64,000 nt of DNA from Tubulanus polymorphus. Lineage: Eukaryota; Animalia; Nemertea. The stretch is taken from NCBI RefSeq assembly GCF_964204645.1, contig NC_134031.1, positions 1,054,001 through 1,118,000 of the forward strand, read 5' to 3'. How positions within the stretch are numbered: position 1 is the first letter of the stretch; each line of letters starts with the position of its first letter. A model generated the notes under the pieces. It had not been told where the DNA came from. It ran no database searches and worked only from the letters and a program-made list of their open reading frames with translations. Below are positions 41,201 through 53,491 of the stretch, piece after piece. A program made the translations under genes and the position numbers.

Positions 41201-43782
41201 GCAGTGACCAATCAGGTTGGTTTTCAATGATCCTACTCACTCCTTCATTATCTAATCGCTAGGGATTCATCGCCTTCGGTGAGGGGTGGAAGTTCGACTT
41301 AACGCCTTCTCAACCGCCACATTTTATGTAAACGAAATGTTAGTCGTATTCGTGGAAGTAGTTTATTACGTAATTGGAATAATCATCAAAATATTATTAC
41401 TGCTTTACAAAACAGTTGTTCCATCGAAAGCGCACAATTTATAATTAGGTTACATTCATAGTTTGGCGCGAAAACATGTCACGATTCATATGATATACTT
41501 TATTCCGTAGAAGTGTTTTATAGCAAATGGATCGTCAATAAACTGCTGTATATATGTGTTGTTAGCTAGGCGGAGCGGAATATTTTTATAACCAGCCTGC
41601 GCCACTGTGAATACAGGTGCTGTTTAGTTGACTGTTGTTATAGGGTTGATGTTGACAGATGGGTTCGTTAATGGATCGCTCGACGGGTCAACCCGATATC
41701 CAATGACTCCGAAAGAGATTATATTTGTGTCTTGAGAATCGTCGGCAAAAACTGCGGTGGATAATCCATCGGGTGCGGCTACTCGGCTCGAGCGCATTAC
41801 TCTGATCGATTCTCATCGTTAATCAATTATCTATAAGAAATACGTTGTTTACGCTTTGACATTAGTGTTATTCAATTTTCCACGAACAGATGATTCAGTT
41901 CTGCCAACTCAGGATTACGAATGGGGTTATGCGACGCACAAATTGCTAAGACCTTCAATAATAAAATGACATCATTTCCATACTTACCAAACAAATATAC
42001 ACACATTTACAATATAATTGTTTTATCTTCGAAATTTCCAATATTTTCGATAAATTCTTTGTAACTTTTGAAGATATTTGTCTCTGTATCGTTAACTAAA
42101 ATGTTGTGGTCAGTCAGAACCTTGGCACAGATTCTATATACGCTTTTGATCGATCAGCGAGTGCTTAATATATATTTCATCGTTCTCTAAATTCATAAAT
42201 GAACAAATCCTCACCACGATTCAACTCTTATTATTAATGTTTCTGCTCTCTTTCGAGAGACGAATTCATTATGCTTTGAGATGTTTTGTAGCTAATTTTA
42301 GTCGTCGCGATTCAGAACACGTCCAGGTACCTCGTGATTCTGATTTCGGTGTGTCCCGATACAAATATACGACAACAGTCATTTCTTTTCTACCATGTTG
42401 TATCTATGGTAACGGATAGAATGCCTGGTACGATGGATGTCCCCGTGCTATAGTGTCATCAATACTCTCTGACTGCCACACGAAATACAACAATGTTAGC
42501 TCCCGTTTTCTAAGTCTATTCTATCGAATATGTAGTAATTCGACAATACTTGGCGGTGGTGATATCGGTATCTCGAAAACTGATACATTGCTGACACTGA
42601 TCTCTGCACTTCTAATCAATAAGCTAAGATCTCCAAAACTTAAAGATTTTTTTATCATCAAAATACAGACTGCGTGACGTCTTTGCAGTTTTAGTCCCAA
42701 TCCCTGGACGAGAGAGTTTGAAATAGAAATCGAAATGAATAAGCTTTGTACATGTGCATCAATCGCAAACGTGTAAGCATCGTCTCCCACGGGTTGAATA
42801 TCGCCCGGCTTTCGATCCATATTCTGCATTTTATCGTTTTCTCTGTACATTAACCATCAAAGGGAAAAGACAACATTTAAAACGTCGTTTTTACGTAAAG
42901 TTTGCGTGTCGTGCTTTCAATACATTAGCAGGTGATACGCCCCCGGGCTATTCGTTCTTAAAACGCGATTCTTCACTGTTACTTCTGAAAACAAAACCAC
43001 CTAATTTTAAGGAAAGTTTACATTAAGATTTGTTCATCGGTATTAATCGGTATTCATCGGTAATCCATTCCGCATTCGGCGCGAGGTTTTAGAATTGAAG
43101 TTAATGATTAATCCTCCAGTTAATATGATTCGTTAATAACGTGCTGTTAATCAGATCTATTTTCTAGTTCATCGGTTATTTTGTAAAACAGCGCGGCAGA
43201 GATTTGAATGGATGAAGATAAGATACAGGTCAATTCAGTCCTTATAGTATAGTTACGGTAACGAGGGACAATTTATAATCGTGCATCGACCCGAAGAGTG
43301 CTGGAAATACCCGTAGCCTCTCATCTTACTCGCTATATTCATCAAACACTCAATTTCAAAGGGATAATTGAGGTATTTCACGTCACTAAGTACAAGTAAT
43401 CGTACATTAAAGGGTTTCATTGCGAGTAGATTGGATTAACCGAGGTCTCTGAACTAATGCGCAAGCTAATACGTTCAGGGATTTCTTTAGCTTGTAATGC
43501 GAAATGAATTAGATGCAGTAATAGTTGTAATATACCGTAATCATTTTTCTAAATATTGTTCTTGCTCTGAATCTGAATACGATTCTTTGCAATATGTTTG
43601 ATATATCAGTCAACTCTCTCTCTCTCTCCCTAGAGTGCCTACGACTACACTTTGCTAATTTCGCGCTTATGCGGATTTATTTCAAACCTCTACCGTTCAA
43701 AAAGAACTTCTCGACTTAATCACGTTCATTAGGACGTTTAGTCTTCGTACGGAATAGGCACAATTATATCAGTAGAACGAAA

Positions 43783-43900
43783 TGAGAGGGGGAAAGAGAG
43801 ATGAGAGAGAGAAAGAGAGGGAGCGATCAGAGAGAGGGAGCGAGAGATATGAGAGAGGAAGAGGGAGAGAGAGGAGCGGTGAGAGAGGAAGCGAGTGAGA
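43783..43900. repeat. GA-rich low-complexity tract
   Basis: Seen directly. Confidence 0.85.
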
Positions 43901-45792
43901 ATTTAGAGAATCCGTTGCCATGGTTATCGCATATTCCAGCACTGTTGATTTGAGCACCGAGAGCAACAGGAATCACCGATCGGTGGTTAGCTTAAAGCCG
44001 AATACCATTTGCACGCATTAGAACTACCGACTGTATACATGTATATATCAGCTCAGCAAATTACGATTCGAACAGCTTTACCCTATGATAATCATATATA
44101 TCATATATATATATATATATATACATATATATCCTATATATACACGTCGAAAAATATTTTTAGATGGGTGGACGAAAAGAGATTGGTTCATATAAAGAAC
44201 TTCGATCAAATATGACTCGTCACCAGTCAATCCTTGTTTCTGGGAAGAGCGTTAGATGCGTGTTATCGGCGTCAGTCAATTTCATGACATGCCTCAGCCT
44301 CCTCGATCGCAAAATCGATTTTCGATAATCAACAAATAATTGATTGGACTCAGTGAACGACGGGTGTGTATTGTTTATGCTAATATAACATGGGGAGTGA
44401 ATCCGATACATTTTTACGTTGTTTTTGCCTTCGAGCAAAGAAACTGCGATGCCAGCGTTTTCTCCAGGGTTCTCTTGTGATACACTGGCAATCAAAGAAT
44501 AGTTGATTATGGATATTCATACTCTGTTTATTTATGTATATGTGTACGAAAGGGGTTTTTCTCTGTCCGTTAGAAGATGTGAATCGATTATTTTGCTAAA
44601 AATATACGTGTTATAAGTTCAGCTTGCAAACAGCATACCCTCGACATTTGCCATCTATTTTCCAAGTCATAGTCTTCTCTAAAATTTCATTATATTCCCC
44701 AAACATGAATTAAGGTTCCACTAAGACAGAATTCATGCGTTATATTTGAATTAAACCATGTTTTTTGGCGTGAAAATTCTCGTAAGTTAGTAGTGTAAAA
44801 GATGGCTGAATCTTCCCTAGGAAAAAGATCGTAGATTCACTTCCGCCTAGGAAAAGTCAGCGTTAAGAAGAGTGTCATTGTTTATCGGTCTGTTAACAAT
44901 CATCATTTTGATTCATGATTTTATACGTTTTTTCTTACGTATCTAAATAATACCAGCTCAATATCAAACTGATGAATGATAAGACTTTTAAAACAGTCAC
45001 ATTTAACTGTTTTTCGGCATTAAATAGTGCGATCTTCATAAGCACGTGTCTCAAGGTCGACGCGCTATCTCGTGTTTCAAGTTTTCGGCGCTTATTACCG
45101 TTTGTCTTGAGTAACCGAGACAAGGCAATGAAAAGGAGAATATGTTTATTAAAATGATAACCATTTTCCATAAAGTGACACTCTACATGTCGTCATTGGT
45201 CAACGAAGAAAGAGACGAAAGAAGAAAGACGTAAAAATTTTAATTTGACCAGGGCGCAGGCAGCCTCTTCGACCGCGTGGTCGCGTTTGTCAGCGTCAAA
45301 GAGTAATCCATGACGTTTTTGTTTCTTTGAAGACCGCGTTTTGCGTCTGCAATATATATTAGAATCTGTCAAAAATCGGCAATTGGCCGCGGTAATAAAA
45401 AATTGCTTCCCCCTGCAGACCTAACAAACGTGCCTGTTTTCGAAATTCCATTTCGATTCCTGGCGTTCCCATTGAAAGAAATACAAAGCCCACGTTTTAA
45501 GATGTACTTAATCATTGACCTGTCAAAGTTATTAATCATGGGCTAGCAACAATTTACCTTTTTTGCCCTTGCCCACCTTTTTTATTGAGGGGTTCGGCTG
45601 GTTATAGGGACATCTAAACTGAGTGTGGTTGCTCCATAGGCCGACAACCCGGCTTTGAAGGCCATACCTAATCCTAGAACAATGGACAAAAATAATGACA
45701 TAGAAATGCATGAAACGATGAGATTATATCTTGATATTACAGAATGAATGATTCTTGTTCAATCAATTGTTTTTCTTAACTGATATTTCTAC

Positions 45793-45898
45793 GCCGTTTG
45801 AATACATGGTCCTACTCACCATCATCGCCAATTGTATCGTATTAGCACTGGAGCAACATCTAGCTCATAATGATAAAACTACATTAACATTAAGTCTG
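45793..45898 (+). CDS. cac: Cav2 exon IS1: [35 protein letters not shown]
   Basis: 106 nt, AC acceptor, GTAAGT donor, canonical IS1 sequence. Confidence 0.97.
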
Positions 45899-46286
45899 GT
45901 AAGTACTTGACCGATCTGTGGATGAAATTCAGTGTTTTCATTTTTAGGGAAGGCCACCCCTGTCATTTTAACATCTACCCCTCTGAAAATCAACTGCCCC
46001 GGTTGAAAAATTGACCGCCCCTCGACCAGAGTTGATGCTGAAGTGGCACATAGCTGCCGATTGCGCCATAAAATTTAGCTAATATTTCAATATTTTGAGA
46101 GAACCCTCCAAACCTTCGACCAAAAGCGTTGTAACTTTGGCTAATGCATGTAAATAGCCCCTCTATATTCCCCACTTAATGGCGAACACTGGATTTTAAC
46201 AATTATCGTGAAAATTAGTAAAATAGTCCTTGAATACGCTGTCGATTCACCGTCTTTTCTAAATTTGTCGATTTTCTTTTTTACAG

Positions 46287-46426
46287 GAAAAAACGGAAGC
46301 ATACTTCCTAGGAATATTTTGTATAGAAGCGTTACTGAAAATAGTCGCGTTAGGATTTGTATTACATAAAGGATCATATCTTCATAATATTTGGAACATA
46401 ATGGATTTTGTAGTCGTAGTAACAGG
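46287..46426 (+). CDS. cac: Cav2 exon IS2-IS3: [47 protein letters not shown]
   Basis: 140 nt, ttacag acceptor and GTAAGT donor, canonical sequence. Confidence 0.97.
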
Positions 46427-47679
46427 GTAAGTAGAAACCCCCGAGAGCCAGTTCCGCAGTTTTATGTTCAGATTTGACTCTTAAAGAGATCTAAAGAAAT
46501 GAACTATTCTAACTCTTTAACGGTTGAATTTCACCAATAATCATTATTAATCGGGCCAGTTTTGATTTGTTTCTACCGATTCCGGAATACTGGTGGGTCC
46601 GTTTCAACGGATACGCGCTCGACCTATTTTGGAATAGCAGTCTGTAAAACCTGAACGACCGGCAGAGAGTTTGTAATCTCTGGAATTGTTATAACTAAAC
46701 CAGAAAACGTTTTATCGAAAACCTACCTTTATTTCAAAACTAATGACAGAAAACTAGAGTGAAATTTTGATTATTGATATGATGCAGTGAGTGGTCCATC
46801 AGTTGCCCACCCTAGAAATGTGTAAAAGAGGGTATCACAACTATTGAAATTTAAGCCTATTTCATCGCTCAAATTTCACAGACATTTCAGTAACACAAAG
46901 TTGATTGTATCCACCATCTTGAAGCACCAGCACTAACTATGATTACCACTTAATCCTAAAATCCAACTGAAAGTCCTGTAGATCCCAACTATTTAAACTG
47001 AATCATCGTCAACCCTACTCTATGTAATCTAGGCCTACAGAACGTCCTTCACTGGGAACTGTGTTTCGATATAGTGCCCTCTGCTACGATGAAAGTTTGC
47101 CTTGTATACAATGTCTATGTGGTGACCGCAATTAGTCGTGGTGACCAGTCAAGTGTGGTGGTAACTACTCACTTGGCATAGAGCCTATTATTCTCCGATA
47201 ACTTGTCCGGCCTATTGCCTGAAATTTTCACTATTTTCCTAATACAAGGAATAATGATTTTTTAATACATTTTTCAACGGCCATTCTTTAGAAGGGCTCA
47301 TATTTCACTAATACACATGGCAAAACTAGAATATATAAAAAAGATTCAAAACATAATTTTTTCAGCTCATAGTATCAACTTATATTTCCGCTTTGCAAGT
47401 TCAATTAAGATGTTAGAAACTCATAAAGTGCTCATTCAGGCGTAGAGGGTTCACGTTTTCGCACAAGTATAATTTCATTTTGACTTCTTAATCTTTTGTC
47501 TACTAGTGTTATTATTTATCAGAAAACCAAGATCAATTGTTATTATCCATTTTAGAATTTCATTTATATTTCTGTCTATTTTTGACTAACAAACAATGTT
47601 TTCTGTGGGTCGTTCAATTGATTTTTAGTGCCGTAGATCGAAATAAACTGGATTAATTGTGTTTTCGTTATTTAACCAG

Positions 47680-47771
47680 GTTATTAACATTTTTTGTTCC
47701 GGGGTTCGATCAGCCTGGTGCTCGAGCCCTCAGAGTGGTTCGACCATTGAAGTTGGTCACCGGGTTTGAGA
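47680..47771 (+). CDS. cac: Cav2 mutually exclusive IS3-S4 exon A: LLTFFVPGFDQPGARALRVVRPLKLVTGFE(S)
   Basis: 92 nt, ccag and GTAAGT boundaries, phase 2 to 1, S4 pattern RxxRxxRxxK. Confidence 0.88.
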
Positions 47772-47982
47772 GTAAGTCAGATAGAGCTCGCAGTCAATTA
47801 TTGCATCACATATTTAGAGATGAGTTTTCTGCGTAGGTCATACATATGCAGCAGTATATGCATTATTTGTTAATTATGTTATGGCTTTACAGCTAGATAG
47901 ATAGACCCCATCAATATTTCAGTTGATTTTTTTTTCATCACTAAACTGTAAAGTAACATCTCTTCTATGATTGATTTACTAG

Positions 47983-48077
47983 GATTTGGTATTGTATTTC
48001 CCCGAGCTCGCCGGCGGGACAACACGCGCGCTACTACAGGGTTTTACGCGTGTGTAAATTATTGAAAAGGTTCCACC
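47983..48077 (+). CDS. cac: Cav2 mutually exclusive IS3-S4 exon B (divergent): IWYCISPSSPAGQHARYYRVLRVCKLLKRFH(R)
   Basis: 95 nt, ttactag and GTAAGT boundaries, same phases (2 to 1), no stops. The RxxRxxRxxK register sits at exactly the same distance from the donor as in exons A and C. Confidence 0.75.
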
Positions 48078-48128
48078 GTAAGTCGTGGTCAAACTTGTGA
48101 AAGAAGAAGTGGATGAACCGGGTTATTA

Positions 48129-48312
48129 GCCGCATTCACACCATTTAGAACGGTCTAATTAGAATAAATTTTGGGGTAAATACTCGTGGTGACATCTTGT
48201 GGGGCCAGCGATAATTATCTGAAGCCATGTGTGTGAACTCGCACTCTGATTTGGCCCATCTCACGGACGGACTCACATAGAACGGTCTAACTAGTGATAG
48301 TGTGAATGCGCC
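48129..48312. mobile_element. MITE with TA target-site duplication, just downstream of S4 exon B
   Basis: TA|GCCGCATTCACAC...GTGTGAATGCGCC|TA; internal direct repeat TAGAACGGTCTAA.TAG. Confidence 0.65.
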
Positions 48313-49105
48313 TATTGTCTTGAGCTTGCATCTGATTCAGGGGCGGATCTAAAGGATCAGTTTCATAGTACTTCCGATCTTCTAATTTTCCTAGGCCCGC
48401 CCCTGCAGCTTTTCACCAGAAAAAAATCTTAGGGTGGAAATGAATTCAACCCTTCTACGAAAAAGAAAAAAATATCATAATCTTGTTGCTATTTGATCAC
48501 TTTTCAAAATACAGTTTGTTCCAAGCATCGAAGCATGCTGGAGCTCATATTGTCCATAGGGGTGAAGATGTACGTTACAAGTCTCGCGCAGTAATTAGCA
48601 ATTTTCAAGTAAAATCCTCACAGCGTATATAAGACCGGTTCGATCTCAGAAACACAAAGATTTGAGTATTATTACCCTCTTATATATTAAGAATGGTATT
48701 AGTATAAACGGATAATGTTATCTATGCAGAAGAAGAGAATCGGTACATTTTATATATCGATATTCTTCGTATGGTTACATTTTATAAAGCATATAATACC
48801 CAAAACGAGTAGAACATGAAAAGAGACACAAACAGTTGAAATTGGTTTCTATTTTGGCTGAGAGATGAGAAATAATGATCGTTCATTTTTTGGGGGTTTG
48901 CTATTATAGATTTGTGATCGTATTTTGTATGATATAATGCATGCTTGCTTTAAAAAGGCTCATTCAGACACGTGGATGCAACAGTCAGTAGTAAATGTGT
49001 GATGTTAGGACAATGAAGGGCATCGTTTGATGATACGGTTTTGAACTAACTCTGCTGTGTGTTTGCGCAACATCCTCAAAATTATCCAAATCCTTTTTCC
49101 TTTAG

Positions 49106-49206
49106 GTTCATAACCTTATTTGCAAATAATCAGTCCTCGTTTGATTTGAGAACACTTCGAGCGGTCAGAGTGCTGCGTCCTCTAAAACTCGTCTCTGGCA
49201 TTCCAA
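49106..49206 (+). CDS. cac: Cav2 mutually exclusive IS3-S4 exon C (canonical): [33 protein letters not shown](S)
   Basis: 101 nt, ctttag and GTACGT boundaries, canonical Cav2 IS4. Confidence 0.96.
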
Positions 49207-49922
49207 GTACGTATATATGTATATACTAATTCTGGACGTTTTATTTTTGAATTTTACACGGGATTCACAAACTGTGCATCTCATTTTTTCTCACACCATT
49301 CTTTAAATATATAAATATATATATATATGATATGATAGTACAGCATTTTGAGAAGTTGGAAGATCTCTAAATACATGTGATAATTGAAATGAGACCATTT
49401 CAATCGACGTTTAGAATTCTGTGTTCAACTAGTATTTCTAATGCTGTTCTATTCTACGCGATCAAACATTCCATGAATGTTTTCAATCGCACTCATATTT
49501 CTAATCTTTCCTATGTTTTTTGTCGATATACTTTCCCTCTGTGTGTTTTTCTGCTTATCCTCTCTTCGGTCTCACTTGTCTGTCTGTCAATAGATTTCAT
49601 TTTCAGAAATCAAATCTCTGTAAGTATTGATATAAGTCTGATTAGCTGTAGCACTGTCATTCAATATCGTCTAACAGTTTTCTGTTTTAGGCACTGGGTA
49701 TCGATTAATAGATATTTCATTGTTGTTAAATTGATCATTTTCCTGAAATTGAATTTGATAATGAGCTCTTCATCGACAAAATGAAATAAATCAATTCATT
49801 TAAGTTAAATTGCTTCGATTGAGTACTACTATTACTACAAAGGAAAATATCCGTGCCCTTAAAAATCTATTGACCTTTTCTTATGAAGAAAACGTAATAT
49901 TATCGGGTTCTTCCTATTGCAG

Positions 49923-50078
49923 GTCTTCAAGTGGTTCTGAAGTCAATCATTCGTGCTATGGCCCCACTGCTCCAGATCGGTCTCTTGGTGCTGTTCGCTA
50001 TCGTGATATTTGCCATTATAGGTTTAGAATTTTATGAAGGAAACTTCCATTTCACGTGTTTTTTGTGCAGTAGTGACC
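49923..50078 (+). CDS. cac: Cav2 exon IS4-S5 linker/IS5: [51 protein letters not shown]
   Basis: 156 nt, tgcag and GTAAGT boundaries; overlaps track ORF 49931. Confidence 0.97.
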
Positions 50079-50299
50079 GTAAGTATAATCAAAATACTTG
50101 TGAGCTAAACAACACAGGCCCCAGCTATATCGTCGAGGCATAGCTTTAAGAACTGCTTATGGTTGACCCATTTTGCTGCTATGATGTCTAAAAAACTTAT
50201 AAGACCAGTCTAAGCTTATTTTGCTCCAATAGCCAATATATCAACTTATGATTTATCATTCAAGACTGTTTTTCGACTTGTTCACGACTGCGCATCTGT

Positions 50300-50382
50300 C
50301 AGGGTTCCTACGGGTCCTTAAATTCCTCAAATACCCTCAAATTACCCTCAAATTCTGAGTTGACTGATCCGTAGGAACCCTG
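50300..50382. mobile_element. Short TIR element (CAGGGTTCCTACGG...CCGTAGGAACCCTG)
   Basis: 14-bp perfect TIRs; no clear target-site duplication. Confidence 0.6.
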
Positions 50383-50468
50383 AGTCTGGAGGCGCAGCCG
50401 TTAACCCTCCTTCCGAACTCCATTCAATGACTGCGTTTAACATAACCGTATTTTCATTTCTTTTCCAG

Positions 50469-50683
50469 CGAAAAAATTTGATACGAAGGATGAATCAAAA
50501 CCGCGGCCTTGTTCACCTACAGGTGCGACGGGTGCGTTTGTTTGCACGGAGGGTAAATCCGAATGTAACACGTACTGGGTCGGACCTAATTACGGAATAA
50601 CAAGTTTTGACAATATAGGATACGCAATGTTAACAGTGTTTCAGTGCATCACAATGGAAGGCTGGACTGATGTGTTATATTAT
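50469..50683 (+). CDS. cac: Cav2 exon domain I turret and pore loop: [16 protein letters not shown]...[34 protein letters not shown]
   Basis: 215 nt, ttccag and GTAAGT boundaries; selectivity-filter Glu in TMEGW. Confidence 0.97.
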
Positions 50684-50861
50684 GTAAGTTCTGTCGCAGG
50701 ATTTCTTATTTTCCCGAACGCAATACGGATTATTCAAGTCGAAATGGATTATCTAACGTCGCAATAATGGATTATTACGTAATTTAGTGTTACTCGATTT
50801 AGGCAACTCGCCGAAAGAATGTTCCTTTCACATTTTCAGTCGTCATATTCGGCATTTCCCG

Positions 50862-51115
50862 AGGGTGGCCACTTACCTGAAAATATGGAGAATGTCCGGG
50901 AATTCCCATTTCTTTAAAAAAAATCAGGGAATTTTATAAAAATGCTGAAAATCAGAGAAAAGTTAGGGAAATTTGATGAGATTGCTCGATGGATCACACA
51001 GTCTATGTCTTACGTATTTGACGGTGTTAATTGATTGGATTCTTAGCAGATCAAGGCAGGGAATAGTCTGGGGAAAGTCAAGGACAAATTATGTCAGATT
51101 TAAGTGGCCACCCTG
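50862..51115. mobile_element. hAT-like MITE (AGGGTGGCCACTTA...TAAGTGGCCACCCT)
   Basis: 14-bp TIRs and internal GGGAA subrepeats. Confidence 0.7.
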
Positions 51116-51237
51116 AACCAGCCCCTTATCAAGATAGTCATTACCAAGATTTGATAAATATGACATTTCTTTTCTTCGTTTTTCGGTAAGGTTTGTACGC
51201 TGTTATTGACCTATAAGGTTGTGTGTTGTCTCTTTAG

Positions 51238-51341
51238 ACAGATGATGTTTATGGTCAATCTACAAATTGGATGTACTTCATACCGTTAATCATTCTGGGC
51301 TCATTTTTAGTCCTCAATCTCGTTCTGGGCGTTTTAAGCGC
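51238..51341 (+). CDS. cac: Cav2 mutually exclusive IS6 exon a: [34 protein letters not shown](A)
   Basis: 104 nt, ctttag and GTACGT boundaries, phase 0 to 2; paralogous to the exon at 51843. Confidence 0.88.
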
Positions 51342-51842
51342 GTACGTAATTTTGTCGCCATTCGCTCGCTCGATGCTTGTGCGCAGGAAGTGGTTTGAAG
51401 CTGACCGAGCGTTAGATGTACACTTCAACTCGTATCCATTGTTTCTCTTAAAGCCTAATGCACAGATATTACCAATGTTCTGGACACTGGGCCCTTCTTC
51501 CACTGTATTCTGAACACCTTCCACCCAGTGTCCTGAACACCTTCCACAGTGTCTTTCTACAGCTTAACATTATCTAAGTCTTAAGTTTAGTTATCCAAAT
51601 GATGGTTATCAAATCATTATTCAAAGTCAAGTATCCCCAGGATATCGCAAATAGGATCTGATTTGGACCTCTATGATATACATAAAAAGCCCATGTTGTT
51701 CCCTTACGATATTTCTGTGCATTAAGCTTCACATATCCTGGATCTTCACCAGGTTCTTTCCAATGGAACTGTGTACATCTTCCGTTCAAACTAAGAACTC
51801 TTGCGGCTTGATCATATGAATTTTTTGTATATTCTTTTTCAG

Positions 51843-51946
51843 ACCGATGATGCCTTAGGGAACGGCTTCAACTGGTTTTACTTTATTCCTCTTATTATAC
51901 TAGGCTCCTTTTTTATGCTCAACCTAATTCTTGGTGTGTTAAGTGG
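51843..51946 (+). CDS. cac: Cav2 mutually exclusive IS6 exon b (canonical): [34 protein letters not shown](G)
   Basis: 104 nt, tttcag and GTAAGT boundaries, phase 0 to 2. Confidence 0.95.
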
Positions 51947-52635
51947 GTAAGTTGAACACACTGAATGAATCTTATGTCATCAAGGCCGATCTTAAAACAA
52001 AAGCATTCTCCCTTGGTAGGGATTTAAACCTGCATGGCATTGCGCAACTCAGTCATGACATGAAACCCTGCCCGATTAGCCCAAGTGGGTAGGTTAGCCG
52101 CCTCGTTCAGGCATATTTCACGGACAATGGAATCACCCTACTAGAATAAAAATACTATTTCTGATCGGCTAATAATGACATGATGGCTAAGAGAAGAAGT
52201 ACCCGCGCACTCGTGCTAATCATAGAGGTTTTTTTGTCGTGGCAGATTGTCGCGATGCTATCATGTTTGAATCCCTGCCGAGGCCGATCTTAAACAATAT
52301 GAATTCCTATCCATATCTTTCACTACAGCTCTCTATATTTTGTTGTATAGATGCGAAACTCGCCTGAGTCTGTTGCTGATCGAAGTTCGAATTTATTTTT
52401 AAAGACTTGCCTTATTTAGCATCTTTTGAAGATATATTTAGCTTGAGCCTTCGTTATCATAATTTTGCTCGACTTGCTATCAGCGATGAAACTTATTACG
52501 GCCAATTTATTCCTTTTGCTATCAAACGATCTAAATTTAAAAGATTTTTCTATATAAAAAAAAAAAGTTGTGGCGATTGCCGGAAGTTTACTTTGAGCGT
52601 TTTGTAATCGCGTTCGACTGATGAAAATCTTACAG

Positions 52636-52811
52636 AGAATTCGCGAAAGAAAGAGAACGAGTTGAGAATCGTAGAGCGTTTTTAAAACTGCGTCGACAGC
52701 AGCAAATAGAACGAGAGCTGAACGGTTATTTAGAGTGGATTTGTAAAGCAGAAGAAGTGATATTAAACGAAGAACGAACAACTGACGAAGAAAAAATGAA
52801 AATCATAGAAG
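52636..52811 (+). CDS. cac: Cav2 exon I-II linker with AID: [58 protein letters not shown]
   Basis: 176 nt, tacag and GTAAAA boundaries; beta-subunit AID and QxxER G-beta-gamma motif. Confidence 0.97.
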
Positions 52812-53386
52812 GTAAAAAAAACTGTAATAATATGTAGAGAATCCCACAAAAATAACGAAAAAAAAGTCAGAAAATGTTTCTTTGTGCTAGTAGTTTTATT
52901 CGACGTTTTGACTATATCTAAGACTAAGTCATCGTCTGAAATATAGTCCGAACGTTGAATAAAATTCCAGCTCAAAGAAGCAAAAAATTGGCTACTCCGT
53001 GAAATTGAGTGCTGAAGTAGATCAACTTACATTCGTAATATCAACCGCGATAAAGCATTCCCAGATCGTTAATGTATGATTTTGGTGCTACAGAGAGTGT
53101 GGCTGTATATCAGTGGTTAGTTTTGACTAGTTCCACGACAAAATGCAGGATCTTACTTTCTCAGAAAACCCTGGTATATGGCGGAGTCAAAGGGGTGGAC
53201 TATGTGCGCATCCATTGAAGGGGGTTCTAAAACTGGCCACTTTCTCTGAAAATAAAAAGATCTTGTGTACATACTTGACAAGCTGAAAAATTTCAAGATA
53301 TGCATCAGATTTATTGCTGTCTTCCAGACATTCACTGGTGTTTACTATTTATAATAACTATGCGAGTTTTGATGAATGTTTTTTAG

Positions 53387-53491
53387 CTCGAAGAAAGGCA
53401 GCGATCAGAAAAATGAAACAAATCAAAGATGGAAAATCAACTCAAGAAATAGATAACGAAGAAAATGAGGAATCATTGTTTTCAGATATCA
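53387..53491 (+). CDS. cac: Cav2 exon I-II linker: (A)RRKAAIRKMKQIKDGKSTQEIDNEENEESLFSDI
   Basis: 105 nt, ttttag and GTAAGT boundaries, phase 1 to 1. Confidence 0.92.

Noticed and set aside
42521-42850. 109-aa minus-strand ORF (also 49377-49784, 40102-40461, 60514-60891) as a nested gene
   Set aside because: No recognisable domain or supporting exon structure; these lengths are expected by chance.
48515-48610. Possible fourth S4 exon between B and C
   Set aside because: No RxxRxxRxxK register in the frames checked and no matching donor.
51342-51513. Open read-through after IS6 exon a, suggesting a one-domain truncated channel
   Set aside because: A good GTACGT donor exists at the homologous position, and the extension has no recognisable features.
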